NCBI GenBank assembly: GCA_030704615.1 | Contig: CM060733.1 | Location: 2,914,001 to 2,978,000 of the forward strand | Reading direction: 5' to 3' | Source: Takakia lepidozioides | Taxonomy: Eukaryota; Plantae; Bryophyta | DNA: 64,000 bases | Part shown: positions 52,377 through 64,000 of the stretch, in pieces | Position numbering within the stretch: position 1 is the stretch's first letter | How the letters are laid out: each line of letters opens with the position of its first letter | The notes under the pieces: generated by a model | The model's input: only the letters and a program-made list of their open reading frames with translations | Database searches by the model: none | What the model was told of the DNA's origin: nothing | Made by a program: the position numbers and the translations under genes

Positions 52377-55300
52377 ATGTCAAATCATCCCCACCCCCCT
52401 CCGACCCCACCGCCTGCTGACCTCCCCGCCCCCGCCGCTGCTCCCGCCCCCCTCACCCCCCCCACGCCCGCCCCCCCCCGCCCAGGACCCCTAACCCCCG
52501 CCCCACTGCTGGCCACGCGGCCCCACAACAACACTCGATCTCTAGCCACGTGGCGGCACCACGCTGTGGATCCCCTCACTGGGTTGATCCCCTGTCCAGT
52601 GCCGGAGTGATCCCCACCCTCGTCTCCAGCCGCGTGGCACTCCCCCGAACCGTCGATCCCCTCCCCATCCATCCAACCTCATTAAGTGGATGATGTGGGT
52701 CCCCCCCCCGCCATCTCCCGCGCAGGAATGGATGACGGCCGGATGAAGGCCCCATGACGCAACCATCGCCATGTGGCGCTCTCTCCGCCGTCGATCCCCT
52801 CCTCCCATCCACGGCGCGATCCCCTGAGACGTCGCCGCCCCCCGACCTGGCTTGATCCCCCCTCAGGACTGGGAGTGATCCCCCAACCCTAATCGCGCGC
52901 CACGTGCGGATCCCCTGAATCGTTGATCCCCTGCGCATCCATCCAACCTCACAACAATGGATGTTGTGTGTCATCCGCCCCTTATCCCCCCGCCATGCTC
53001 CCGCGCAGGGGATGGATGACGGCCGGATGAAGGGCCGATGACACTGACAGGCCACGTGCCGCTCCCCCCGCCGTCGATCCCCTCTTCCCATCGACGGCGT
53101 GGTCCCCCGGGCCATCGCGGTGTCCCCCCCCCCCCCCTCGGTTGATCCCCCGTCCAATGTGGTGACCGATCCCCCTCCAACCATCGGCTGCCACGTGGTG
53201 CTCCCCCCGCCGTCGATCCCCTCATCCCATCCACGGCGCCATCCCCCAAGATGACTCCGCTCCCCCCGACCTGGGTTGATCCCCATCCAGACCGGGAGTG
53301 ATCCCCCAACCCTAATCGCCCGCCACGTGCTGCTCCCCCGAACCGTCGATCCCCTACGCATCCATCCAACCTCAAAAACCATGGATGTTATGTGTCATCC
53401 GCCCCTCATCCCCCTGCCATCCTCCCGCGCAATGGATGGACAACGGCCGGATGAAGGCCCCGATGACACGTCCACCGCCACGTGGCGCTCCTCTCGTCGT
53501 CGATCCCCTCATCCCATCGGAGCCGTTCCTCCGCAACTTGGTTGATCCCCTGTCCAGGGCAGGAGTGATCCCCTACTCCCAATCGCGCGCCACATGGTGC
53601 TCCTCGAACCGTTGATCCCTTGCCCATCAATCTTACCTAAAACTATTGCCGTTCACAGTGACACGCCGCCACGTCGCAATCCCCTCCGCCGTCGATCCCT
53701 CCAACGGTTAGAGGCCTGATCCCTCGAGCCCAGGCGCGGTCCCACGGGCCTTCGACCATGGACGGCGTAATCCCCGCACTGTCGCTCCCCCCCTCCTCGA
53801 TTGATCCCCTCCTCCAATTCGGGGACTGATCCCCCTCCCCACATTTTCCGCCACATGTTGCTCCGCGGTGCCCTCCACGACCCGTGGGCCACGTCGCGGT
53901 CCCCTTGTCGTCAATCCCCCCCCCCCCGTCGCCGCGCCGTCAATCCCCCTCGATCACGTGGCGGCACCCCCAATGTCGATCCGTTCCCGATCCCCTGCTG
54001 CCCCCGGGGACTGATTCCCCTTGGCCCTCTTCAACGTGATGTGGCTGTCCCCCCGCCGTCCAATAGTTTTGCGTGATGGTCCACTCCATGGCACTCCCCC
54101 GGTCGTCCATCCCCCTCCTTGCTCTTGCCGCCGATCTCCTGCTTTGATCCCCCTTCGACCGATCCCCCAATCCCTTCCATTTCCAACGGTGGGTATCGCA
54201 CCACGTGGACCTGCATGTGCTGTTCACTTCGTTGTGGAGGTAGGGTTCTCCATCTCCGTGGTTGAGGGTTTCTTGTCGTGCTTGTTCGTGCTCCTGCTTC
54301 GACGGGTCTGGGATGACCTGCCAGGGCCTCAATCATGTGCGCTCTACGGCGTTTGTGATTCTCTTGCGACAAACGTCTTGCATTCAATGCGTACATGGGG
54401 TTTTCTTCTTCTCTTCTTCTTTTGTTGTTCTTTCTTGTTTCCTCTTTCTTCTTTGTTGTTTGTTGTTTTGAAAGCTGAAGTAGAGGATTGGCATAAGCTA
54501 CACCAAATCCCATGTGCAAGGGGATGAGGATCTGTAACTATAGTAGCTTTTGCATATTAAACTTCAGCCTCAACTTCATGTTTGCTTTTTCATACTACTT
54601 ACCTTGCTAGATTGACATGTAAACATCTGTGTGTTGCAGAATCGAACATGGTTGCACATCAAGCAACTGAATAGGATTGATGGAGGTTACAGAGTCCAAG
54701 ATGGTTGTATACCGGCCAGCTCATAATGCATGCACTTATAGGGATTTCTTTTTCGACCTAGCATGGTGTTTTACTCGTCGATCCTACACAACGGTCTCTT
54801 CTCTTGTTCCCTACCCCTGCAATTTTGGTCCCCTTCCTCTCATGAATTGTCTCCCTCCCTCAATCCCTCACTTGCAAAACCCCAAACATCCAATCCCTCC
54901 CGAGTTTCTGCTCCCCACTGTCTGGTCCCCCCCCCCGCCGCTCCCCCTGTCTTCGTTGCCCACATGTCACCTCCCTGACCACAAAATCACCATACATGTC
55001 ACATCCAGTACTCTCCGCACATATCTGCTCCCCTCTACTAACATCCCCCCCACGTGTCTGGTCCCCTACTTTGATCCCCATGTGCTTGATCCCCCCTCAC
55101 GACCGGGAGTGATCCCCCAACCCTAATCGCGCGCCACGTGCGGATCCCCCGAACCGTCGATCCCCTGCGCATCCATCCAACCTCACAAACAATGGATGTT
55201 GTGTGTCATCCGCCCCTCATCCCCGCCATGCTCCCGCACAGGGGATGGATGACGGCCGGATGAAGGGCCGATGACACTGACAAGCCACGTGCCGCTCCCC

Positions 55301-56580
55301 CCGTTGATCCCTCCTCCCATCAACGGCGCGGTCCCCCGGGCCATCGGGTCCCCCACCCCCCCTCGGTTGATCCCCCGTCCAATGCGGTGACTGATCCCCC
55401 TCCAACCATCGGCCGCCACGTGGTGCTCCCCTGAACCGTCCATCCCCTGCGCATCCATCCAACCTGAAAACTGGGTCATCCGCGGTCCCCCTGCATTCGA
55501 TCCCGTCGTCCCATCCACGTGGCGGGATGGATGACGGCCGGATGAAGGCCCCATGACGCGTCCATCGCCATGTGGCGCTCCCCCCGCCATCGATCCCCTC
55601 CTCCCATCCATGGCGCGATCCCCGAGACCTCACCGCCCCCCCGACCTGGCTTGATCCCCCTGAGGACCGGGAGTGATCACCCAACCCTAATCGCGCGCCA
55701 CGTGCGGATACCTCGAACCGTCGATCCCCTGCGCATCCATCCAACCTCACAAACAATGGATGTTGTGTGTCATCCGCTCCTCATCCCCCGCCATCCTCCT
55801 GCGCAGGGGATGGATGACGGCCGGATGAAGGGCTGATGACACTGACAGGCCACGTGCCGCTCCACCCGCCGTCGATCCCCTATTCCCATCGTCGGCCCGA
55901 TCCCCCGAGACGTCGCCGCTCCTTGACGTGCCTTGATCCTCCTTCCGGACCGGGAGTGATCCCCCAACCCTAATGGTGTGCCACGTGCTGCCCCCGAACC
56001 GTCGATCCCTGCGCATCCATCCAACCTCAAAACAATGGATGTTCTGGGTCATCCGCCCCTCATCCCCCTGCCATCCTCCCGCGGAGGGAATGGACGACGG
56101 CCGGATGAAGGCCCAATGACACTGATGACACGCCACGTGGCCTCCCCCCCCCCGCCGTTGATCCCCTCATCCCATCGAAGGCGCGATCCCCCGGGCAATC
56201 GCCGGTCCCCCCCCCCCCCCCCCCCCCTCGGTTGTTCCCCCATCCAATGCCGTTACTGATCCCCCTCCAGCCATCGGCCGCCACGTGGTGCTCCCCTGAA
56301 CCATCCATCCCCGCGCATCCATCCAACCTGAAAACTGGGTCGTCCGCGGTCCCCCCGCATTCGATCCCGTCCTCCCATCCAAGTGGCGATCCCCCGGGTC
56401 GCTCCCCCGCCTCGGTTGATCCCCCATCCAGACCGGGAATTGATCCCCCTCTCGTCTTCTATCACCACGTGGCGGTCTCCGAGCTGTCGATCCCCTTGTC
56501 CCATGCACGGCGCGATCCCCCGATCCCCCGCCGCCGTCATCCACTGCCCCGACCCCCACCCCCCCCCCCGACCCCCCCCC

Positions 56581-56626
<46 letters not shown>

Positions 56627-56760
56627 CGTCAACGGCGGAACAGGGATCGTCCCCCCCATGGCGGTCCCCTCTCCGTTGATCCCCCACCCACCACCTGCCG
56701 TGATCCCCCATCCTCCCCCCCCCCCCTTTGTGATCCCCCTTCCACGTGTCAAGTGTCAGG
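52377..56760. repeat. C-rich GATCCCC satellite with poly-C tracts, interrupted at ~54180-55070
   Basis: Recurrent catccatccaacctc, ggatgacggccggatgaagg and gccacgtg units. A C run lies at ~56555-56625. Confidence 0.9.
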
Positions 56761-57020
56761 GCTGTTTGCACATGGCTATCATTCTGTTCATCTGTGTCGT
56801 CCTCCCCCATCCAACAGCCATGCACGCCCCCCACCATTTTGGTCTACGAGATGAACAGAGTGGATATATTGAAATTTAGGGTTTCTGGCTGCTCGCAGAT
56901 TTGATCCTCTTTACGCGCATGTATGCTGCACTTGCGCGTGTAGTTTGCTGCTGTGTACTGTTTCTGCAGGACGTGTGTGGTCTGCTGCTGTGTACTGTTC
57001 CTACTGGGGTGCCGGGCATC

Positions 57021-57530
57021 ATGACTGGATCTTCGGAGTTGCGCACGTCATTCCTTCTATCACGGCTGCGTTGCTCGTTGCAAATCCCCCCGGATGGTTC
57101 CTTCAACCACAGGTCGCTTATATGGACTCCAACTATTTCAAGTGGAGGTGGACATCGTGTGAATACGGATGTTGTGGTCATTCCTTGGACCAGGATCGAC
57201 GATTTTGTGAGAGGAGAGAAAGAAAGGGCAGAGGCGCCCACCCACTTCAACAGAACGGTGCCTAAAAAAGGAAAGCATGAGGAGGGCGAGCTCTTAGCTC
57301 CAAGGGCCAATAGTTGCTCTCTTGTGATAAAGTCCGCCTTCACCTTTGTGGTTTCTGGATGGTCTCAGTGTGTTCTTTGAAATGTCATGATGCTTGTTTG
57401 CATTGTTTGCTCTTCTATTTTGTCAAAATGCTATGCTCTCTTGCTCCAAGTATTCCACTCGCCGACATAGTTCTCTCATTGTTCAGGTTCCATTGTTCTT
57501 ATGGACCTGAGGACAAGCACACAAATGTAG
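57021..57530 (+). pseudogene. 5' exons of another MULE/SWIM (At1g60560-like) gene copy, truncated
   Basis: LQIPPDGSFNHRSLIWT...VVVIPWTRIDDFVRGE...PTHF, then GT-AG intron 57332-57486, then FHCSYGPED. These are the family's N-terminal motifs. Confidence 0.7.
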
Positions 57531-57898
57531 TACCTGTCAAAAATGTTCAACCTCCCACACAAAACACAAAAACGCAGACCTTACACACCCATGAGCCACA
57601 CAACCCAATGACCAACAGGGAAACACACTGATTATGCGGTGTGCCTCATCCAACACTCACCAAGGCAGATATGGTTGTCATCACATCCAAGGCAATGATC
57701 GTGAGTGCGGACATGGCATACAATACACAACCGCCTTTCCGTAACTAAAAGAACATTCTTGAAAAATGTGTGGATGATATCTCTTATGGGAAGCCATATT
57801 CACATAACCTCATGAGAGATATGTGATAAATGGGGCCAAGGTCATGGCAATAGCTATCAAAAGGAGTGTCCTTGAAAAACTTGAGCCAAAGCTTTTAA

Positions 57899-58083
57899 CC
57901 CTTAAACGCCCACCAGGCCCATAACGGGCTTCCAAGCCTATTTAAATGTAAATTGCTTTTTCAGATCTACTTCAATTTTTTATGAAATCAATGCCATAGA
58001 ATGGCCCCTCTCGTGGACTATCAGAATTGGGCAACTGATGGTCCTAATTTCAGGTTAAGTTGTCTCATCAGGCAAGTAAGGGG
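57899..58083. mobile_element. Possible mini TTAA/piggyBac-like element
   Basis: TTAA|CCCTTAAACGCC ... GGCAAGTAAGGGG|TTAG, with subterminal hairpin gcccataacgggc. The right TSD is imperfect. Confidence 0.4.
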
Positions 58084-59189
58084 TTAGGCTTTGATGAAGG
58101 TAATTCTCTCTTTTTCATGCTAAGATTTTTTCAATAAGCCAAATTGGATTGTTTTTGGCTTATAGGATAAGGGATCCCAAGGGACGAAGCCATGCTAATC
58201 TCGCCTCAATCCCAATTGATGCCATCACTCAAATCTTAGATAAACTACCAAAAAATGATAGGTTTCTCCAATGGCCCCAATAATGGGCCCCACATTCAAA
58301 GGGTGGTGTTTTCTGGATCTCAGGCTGATTGCCCTAGAAATTGTTATGCAAGGAAGGTACGCACCAGTGTTGGGCGGGTACACAGGTCAGAGCCGGATAT
58401 GTACCACGATATGTCCAGCCCTAACCGCCAGGCCCATCCCTACGTCTTACCCGGCCTAAGACTTGCCTAGGTGGGTTTGGCTCTCCCTGGGGCCGCCCCA
58501 AGACCTGTATAGGCGGGTTATTGCTCTAGGAGGCCCGCCAAAAGCCCTGCGTAGGCGGGGTAGAGCAGCCTTCCATGTACCCGACCCACCGTTTAAGGGA
58601 GGAAACGGACAAAAATGGCCGGGTACGCTTCTCACTTCCATGCATGGGGCGTCGGGGCCCGGTGGACCAGTTCCGTGTCGGTATCCGCCCGAGTACCGCG
58701 AATAGATTGCAGCATGTACTTGCCTGCCACGTCGTGCTAAAGTAACCCGTACCTCCAGTACCCTCTACCACGTCATACTAAAGTCCAAAACTATTACTCG
58801 GCCGCCGAGCTCCACATGACATTGGGAATGCTCGAGTGAACCCAGCCATTTTTTCTTAGCACCCGGCAAACTCCTTTTTCTGGGGGCGGGCTCCTCCCAC
58901 ATGGAAGGACGCTCTTAGAGATGTGGGAGGGGCGGCCCGGGCTTGTGGAGTGTGGAGAACTAGGGCATGTGAAGAGGTGGGCCCAGGTTGGTGACTACTA
59001 GTGATAGTTAATGAAATAGGGGGGGAGATCATGACTTAGGTACTTCAGCAATTGATGATTGTCAATGAATGAGGGTGGCCCAAATCTTTTTAGAGAAGTT
59101 GGAGTCATTTAAAAATGTATATATTTTAAATAAAGTTCATGACCTGCCCTTACACGACCGGCGGGCTTCTGTAACAACAAACCCTCCCT

Positions 59190-61200
59190 GGCATACTTTA
59201 AATCCCCTGGATTGGATGGTTTACCTGTCGTGGTTTTCAAGGCAATCTGGATGGTTTGTGGAGGGGACTTTGTTGCCCTAACGGATGACATACTCCTCAA
59301 AGGTATCATGCCTTCTCAGATCTCTCAGGGGGTGATTACTCTCATTTACAAGAAGGGAGACCGTAAATCAATCTCCAACTATAGGCCTATTACCTTGCTT
59401 AATGTTGTCTACAGGATAGTGGCAAAGGCCCTAGCTACCAGGTTACAACCTTTGCTTGCAGACAAAATGATTTGCCCTTAGCAAACTGGATTTCTCAAAG
59501 ATAGGATGATCTTGGACAATGTCCTCTTGGTTACTGAAGCTCTTCATTCGGCTTTCGAGACCAGCCAGCCGATGGCCCTGCTTATGCTTGACTTTGAAAG
59601 AGCCTTTGACAATATTGATTGGGACTATTTCCTTGCGGTGATTGAGAAAAATGGTATTTGGGGGAACTTCCTATCTTGGATACGTATCCCTCTTCAGTCT
59701 GCATCTAGTAAAATTATCATCAACGGCGCTTTGTCTACTGCGTTTCCTTTGTTTAGATCGGTTCGCCAGGGATGTCCCCTATCCCCCTTTTTATTCCTTT
59801 TGGCCGCGGATGGGCTCAACCACCTGCTCCATTCTAAGCAGGACATAAAGGGTCTTAGTATTCTCCAATCCTTAAATCCCAATGACACCATCAAGTCCTC
59901 TCTTTATGCAGATGACACTGTTCTGCTGGTAGATAATTCTTCCCCTTTGAATGTGGATAGAATGCTCTTTGCTCTGGATACTTTCTGTGAAGCTTCTGGT
60001 CTGGAAGTGAATTGGCCCAAATCTAAAGGGATTCTCTCTAAGATTAAGCACCCTTTCACTGCTGCCCACTGCCGAAGATGGGGGGATGATATAGGCCTCT
60101 CCTGGCTTCAGGATGGTGCAGCCCACGTGCTCCTCGGTCACCTCGTTGGTCATGATCTCGATGATCGTATGAGAGGGGAAATTATAATCACAAATCTTCG
60201 AAGGCACCTTTCTTATTGGAGCTCGGTCCATCTCTCAATAGCTGGAAGGGCTTTTGTGGTAAATCAGGTTCTCTTGGCTTCTTCATGGTTCTCCTCCTCG
60301 GTTTGGTCTCCAGGTCATAATGTAATAAAACATATGAAGGCTCTTGTGCGTAACTTTGTCTGGGGAGCCTCTAACCCCTCTCAGAATAGAAGGGCTCTTG
60401 TCAATTGGCAACAGATCACGCAGAAAAAAAAAAAGGATGGTGGCTTGGGAATAATTGATCTAGGCAACCAAATCTGCGCTCTTCTTGCTAAGTGGATCCC
60501 AAGGATCTTCAAGCACATCTCTACTCCTTGGAGCATCCTGGTCAGACAACACCTCCTTAAGGCTACACCCCATCCACCTTCTGTTTGGCCTCCCTCAGCG
60601 CGTTGGGTTGTTCAAGGAGGAAAATCAAATGCCAAAACTTCTATTGGTTCCAAAGCCTAGCAATCCATTTGGAATTCATGGACCACCATCCGTGGCTCCC
60701 TCAATCAACTTCAGCGCTCTCCCCGGAGGAAGCCTTCAGGCAGCCTCTCTGTGGGAACTCCAACAGGAAATCAGACTCGCTAGCTAAGTGTGTACCTCGC
60801 TGGGCTTTTTGGGAAGCGGCTGGAGTCTTGCATTTTACTCACCTTTGGAGCAACGGTGCCTTGCTGCCCCGTGGAATGGTCACCTCTGACATGAGCTCTA
60901 GAAGAGCTGCTGCTGGTTGGGATACGGTTTTTGCGGATTTTCCCTCCCCATGAATCTCCCTCACATCCCTCCCCAATAATAGAAGGCCAGTCCTCTTGTG
61001 GTGGAGCTACAGCAACTATAACCACAAAAAAGCCTTCTTTGCAGTATCTAGGGAAGGCTCCTGCTTTAAAGGCTGGTTTTTCAAAGCTCACCCCTCTGGT
61101 CTTTTGCATTCCCCTGTTTTCTCGCATTACCAGGAGGATTCCCTATTTGTTATCAGGGCCATCTGCATGAAAAATCACATGGCACCCGTTATTTGCTGAG
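59190..61200 (+). pseudogene. L1-type LINE ORF2 reverse transcriptase, 5'-truncated and disrupted
   Basis: KSPGLDGLP, YRPITLLN, LDFERAFD, VRQGCPLSPFLF, YADD and GGLGI motifs. Stop at 59479-59481 and frameshifts after 60600. Confidence 0.93.
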
Positions 61201-62277
61201 GGGTTTACTCTGCAGGAAGGCTTGGCGGGTTCTGGGGTAAGCTTTATGCAGATGTGGATCGAGAAGGAGGACTCAACTTCTCATTGACTTTGACAACACA
61301 TGGGGCAAGGGGGGCAAAATTTGTTCCAGGATCTCTGATACCAAAATTATCTAGAGGGACACCATCCCATCAGGCTGGCAATTCCCTTAGTGTTCATCGT
61401 ACCCCCCCGCCAGGGAACTCGAGAACCTTCTTGGTAGGGTATTACAAATGTTTACGGGAACACAGAACAGTAGGTTAGGTTAGGTTAGGAGAGACCCGGT
61501 TGATGCCCGGCGAAACCTGGATACCAGACCAACACTGGTACATACCACAATATGGACCAATGTATTTATCGCCCCAGTATTGGCCACCCTACCTACCAGT
61601 CAGGTATGGTCTTACGTACCTGGGTTGATAGGTATCAATATTGATACCCGGGTTGGACCTATATAGAGGTCCAACACTGGTGCCTACGCTTACATGCCTA
61701 TGGAACTCGACACGAGAAGGTTGGATGAATCCAATACGAGACCTGGGGACATGGCCGACGTGCAGCAAAGCGATTGGCGCAAGGGTGTGATGTGTAGAAA
61801 TTTCCAGCTTTCAAACGATTGAATGGAGGGGGGCCACGCAGACTCGCACGAACTGGGGCAGTGTGGGCCAGTGCAGGCATCAAGTCTGACGGTGGGAGCC
61901 GCCCATGGACGGTATCTCGCTCTTCACAGCGTCGGACACTGCCCGAAGCAGGATAAACGCTGCCCCAACAGAACGTTTCGGCAAGTTTAACCTAAAACGT
62001 AAAAACCTGGACAGCTGTGTAGGGATTCCGTGGCCAGGAAAGAAACAGAGCTTAGTTTTTGCCATAACACTTGCACGTGCGAAGGACGGACCGTCGCCGA
62101 CCCGCGCCGATCAACGGGGCCCACAGCTTTGCCCAGCGTGGATCTCGTGTCAGCGTTGCCAACACTATACAAGCGATTCGGGATTCTGTTTTCCCCATTG
62201 TCAAACATTTGGGAGAGCACAGCCGAAGGCTTCCTCTACTACTCGAGGTTTATCTCTGTATCGTGCAGCAAGTGACA

Positions 62278-63119
62278 ATGGTGGCCACCCTCACAGCGCA
62301 AGATGTGATGAAGATTCCGGTCGATCGTGTGTGGAGGGCGTTGGGGGATGGTGAACTTCTGCTGCCAAAAGTCGTGCCAGACATCGTTTCAAGTATCAAG
62401 AAGATAGAGGGCGATGGCGGCCCCGGCACAGTGCGCCTCTTCACGTTCGGGCCTGGTACTGTATCTTTTCGTTATGTGAATGCAAATCTACAATGCGCGT
62501 CACATGCGAGTTGCCACGAATTGATAGTTCACAGTGTTCCAGTGAGATTTGGCACACATGGAAACAGTTCACGTCAAATGCCCTTAATATTTCCTTAAAC
62601 AGGTCCTATGAACAGTCGTGTGGGTGAAGGTGTTTGGCGTTCCAGTGGTTTATGATAAATGTCTAGAAGTTAGAGTGACGTCGCATGTGAAAATCTTTGA
62701 TGTGTCTCTCTCCTCTCTTATTTGTCTCGGGAGGATGCTTCAGGATTGTATATGGTCGTACGATCCAAGTTTCGGAGGCGCAATACATCAGACAGAAGTC
62801 ACGATCATTGTTGGTGGACTTGCATGCAGGTATGAAGCTCCATAACACTGTAAAGGAGAGAATCGACGTGGTGGACAGTGTCAACCACCTGCTGACCTAC
62901 ACAGTGATTGAGGGACAGGGTCACAACTACAGCCACCTGCAGGCCACCGTTTCCTTCGCGCCGAGTGCAGACGACAACCAAAATACAATAGCTTCTTGGA
63001 AAGTGGACTACGTTCCTGTTGGAGATATGGGGCCTCCGGAACACGTCAAAACCTCTATTTTGCGGACCTTCAAAGCTGTAGAGAATTATTTGCTCGCTCA
63101 TCCTGAAGAATACGTCTAA
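62278..63119 (+). CDS. PR-10 / Bet v 1-like protein, 155 aa; exons 62278-62455, 62830-63119
   Basis: LLPKVVPDIVSSIKKIEGDGGPGTVR (glycine-rich loop), VKERID...TYTVIEG and FKAVENYLLAHPEEY. A single phase-1 GT-AG intron lies just after the glycine loop, as is typical of PR-10 genes. Confidence 0.95.
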
Positions 63120-64000
63120 GGCAACTGTGGAGTTCGACTCTGTAATGCCAGCAAGTTGGACTTGTTGAGTAACACCCTTTATAGAATGTTAATTGTCCGT
63201 CATATGAATACGAGATGAATCCGAGTTTTCTCGGTTCGCCCACTGCATATTGCAGCTCTCGCTATTGTCCCTGGTGTAGTTTTCATTCGTCCAGGGTTGC
63301 AATCTGCATACTTAAACGTGCATTTATCATTGTCCATTTACTCGCAAGGAGCCTCAATCCTTGCAAGCAGTGGCACGTCCGTAAAGCTGAGGAGAATTTG
63401 CTGGCAGAAGTTTTCTGTTGAGGAAGAGTCAATAGTTGGCCGATGTTTATTCCATATACTTCGAAGTGGCTGTGTTAAGTGAACTGACATGTATATTCTG
63501 ATGAAGCGCCGAGTAACATTAATGCGTGCTAATGTGCATTCATTACACGCGAAATTTACATTATTTTCAAATTGTTAAGTAAGGACTTCTGCATTAATGT
63601 TCACGTCCTCTCCACCCACACTATGATGTACCAGGTCGAGCCCTATCATCAATACAATCTCTATTTAAGACCATGCGCAGTGCTCAACATGCTCAATGTT
63701 CACATTGGATGCTGTGTGGACGTGTACACCCAAACAGGCTGCTGCAACCGTACGTTATTCGTTGATTAAGTTAGTACAGGGTAGACCCTCGGCACGGGGC
63801 CATTACTTGGTTAGAGGCCGCAGCCCGAGACCTAGGACCGAGGACTTGGTAGGTAATGGCCGAGGCTGAGGCTCACCTATCTGTGTAAAGAAACGAAATT
63901 AATGGGGGAGTATATTATGTTTGGGAAATGTGCGTTATATGTGGATGTAACGTAGTCAACCAGACACGATAGGTTTGTCCTGCAAAGCTCGCAAAACTCA

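Larger units (their letters stand above)
51286..61679. mobile_element. Non-autonomous hAT element (10,394 bp) expanded by nested insertions
   Basis: Perfect 11-bp TIR CAGTGTTGGAC / GTCCAACACTG. Perfect 8-bp TSD GTGCCTAC (51278-51285 and 61680-61687). GATACC/GGTATC-rich subterminal regions at both ends share attgatacccgggtt. Confidence 0.93.

Noticed and set aside
56232-56879. Proline-rich extensin/formin-like ORF and Gly-rich antisense ORFs across 52377-56879
   Set aside because: These are translations of the C-rich satellite and poly-C run, with no gene structure.
58342-59003. GC-rich block with a hairpin and CTAG, possible Helitron end or LTR
   Set aside because: No convincing termini or TSD, and the hairpin is too far from the CTAG.
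21177-63119. Alkaloid biosynthetic cluster (tropinone reductase plus PR-10/NCS-like)
   Set aside because: There are only two genes, 37 kb apart, from widespread families. Substrate specificity cannot be inferred and no other pathway genes are in the window.

Overview
Eukaryotic, intron-containing plant genomic DNA. The transposon protein families resemble those of mosses and other seedless plants, but that is an inference. Only two host genes are evident: a 5-exon tropinone-reductase-like SDR (21177-25188, +) and a 2-exon PR-10/Bet v 1-like gene (62278-63119, +). The rest is nested transposons. These are a fold-back repeat (1-3075), a MULE/SWIM transposase broken by a decayed Ty3/Gypsy element (6361-20123), several TTAA-flanked CCC...GGG piggyBac-like non-autonomous elements, a second spliced MULE/SWIM gene, a CACTA end, and a 10.4-kb non-autonomous hAT (51286-61679; perfect 11-bp TIR, 8-bp TSD) holding a C-rich satellite and an L1 fragment. 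The most notable structure is a 15.4-kb hAT element (32996-48373) bounded by an 8-bp TSD (TCATGAAG) inside the MULE gene. Besides its transposase it carries a protein-kinase gene, a RING-H2 gene and a 5-kb inverted/higher-order satellite. Each of its three genes is preceded by an array of the same TGCGACCACC...GGTGGTCGCA palindrome and a TATA box, which suggests a multi-gene, co-regulated cargo transposon. All family calls are from motif recognition by eye; no searches were run.
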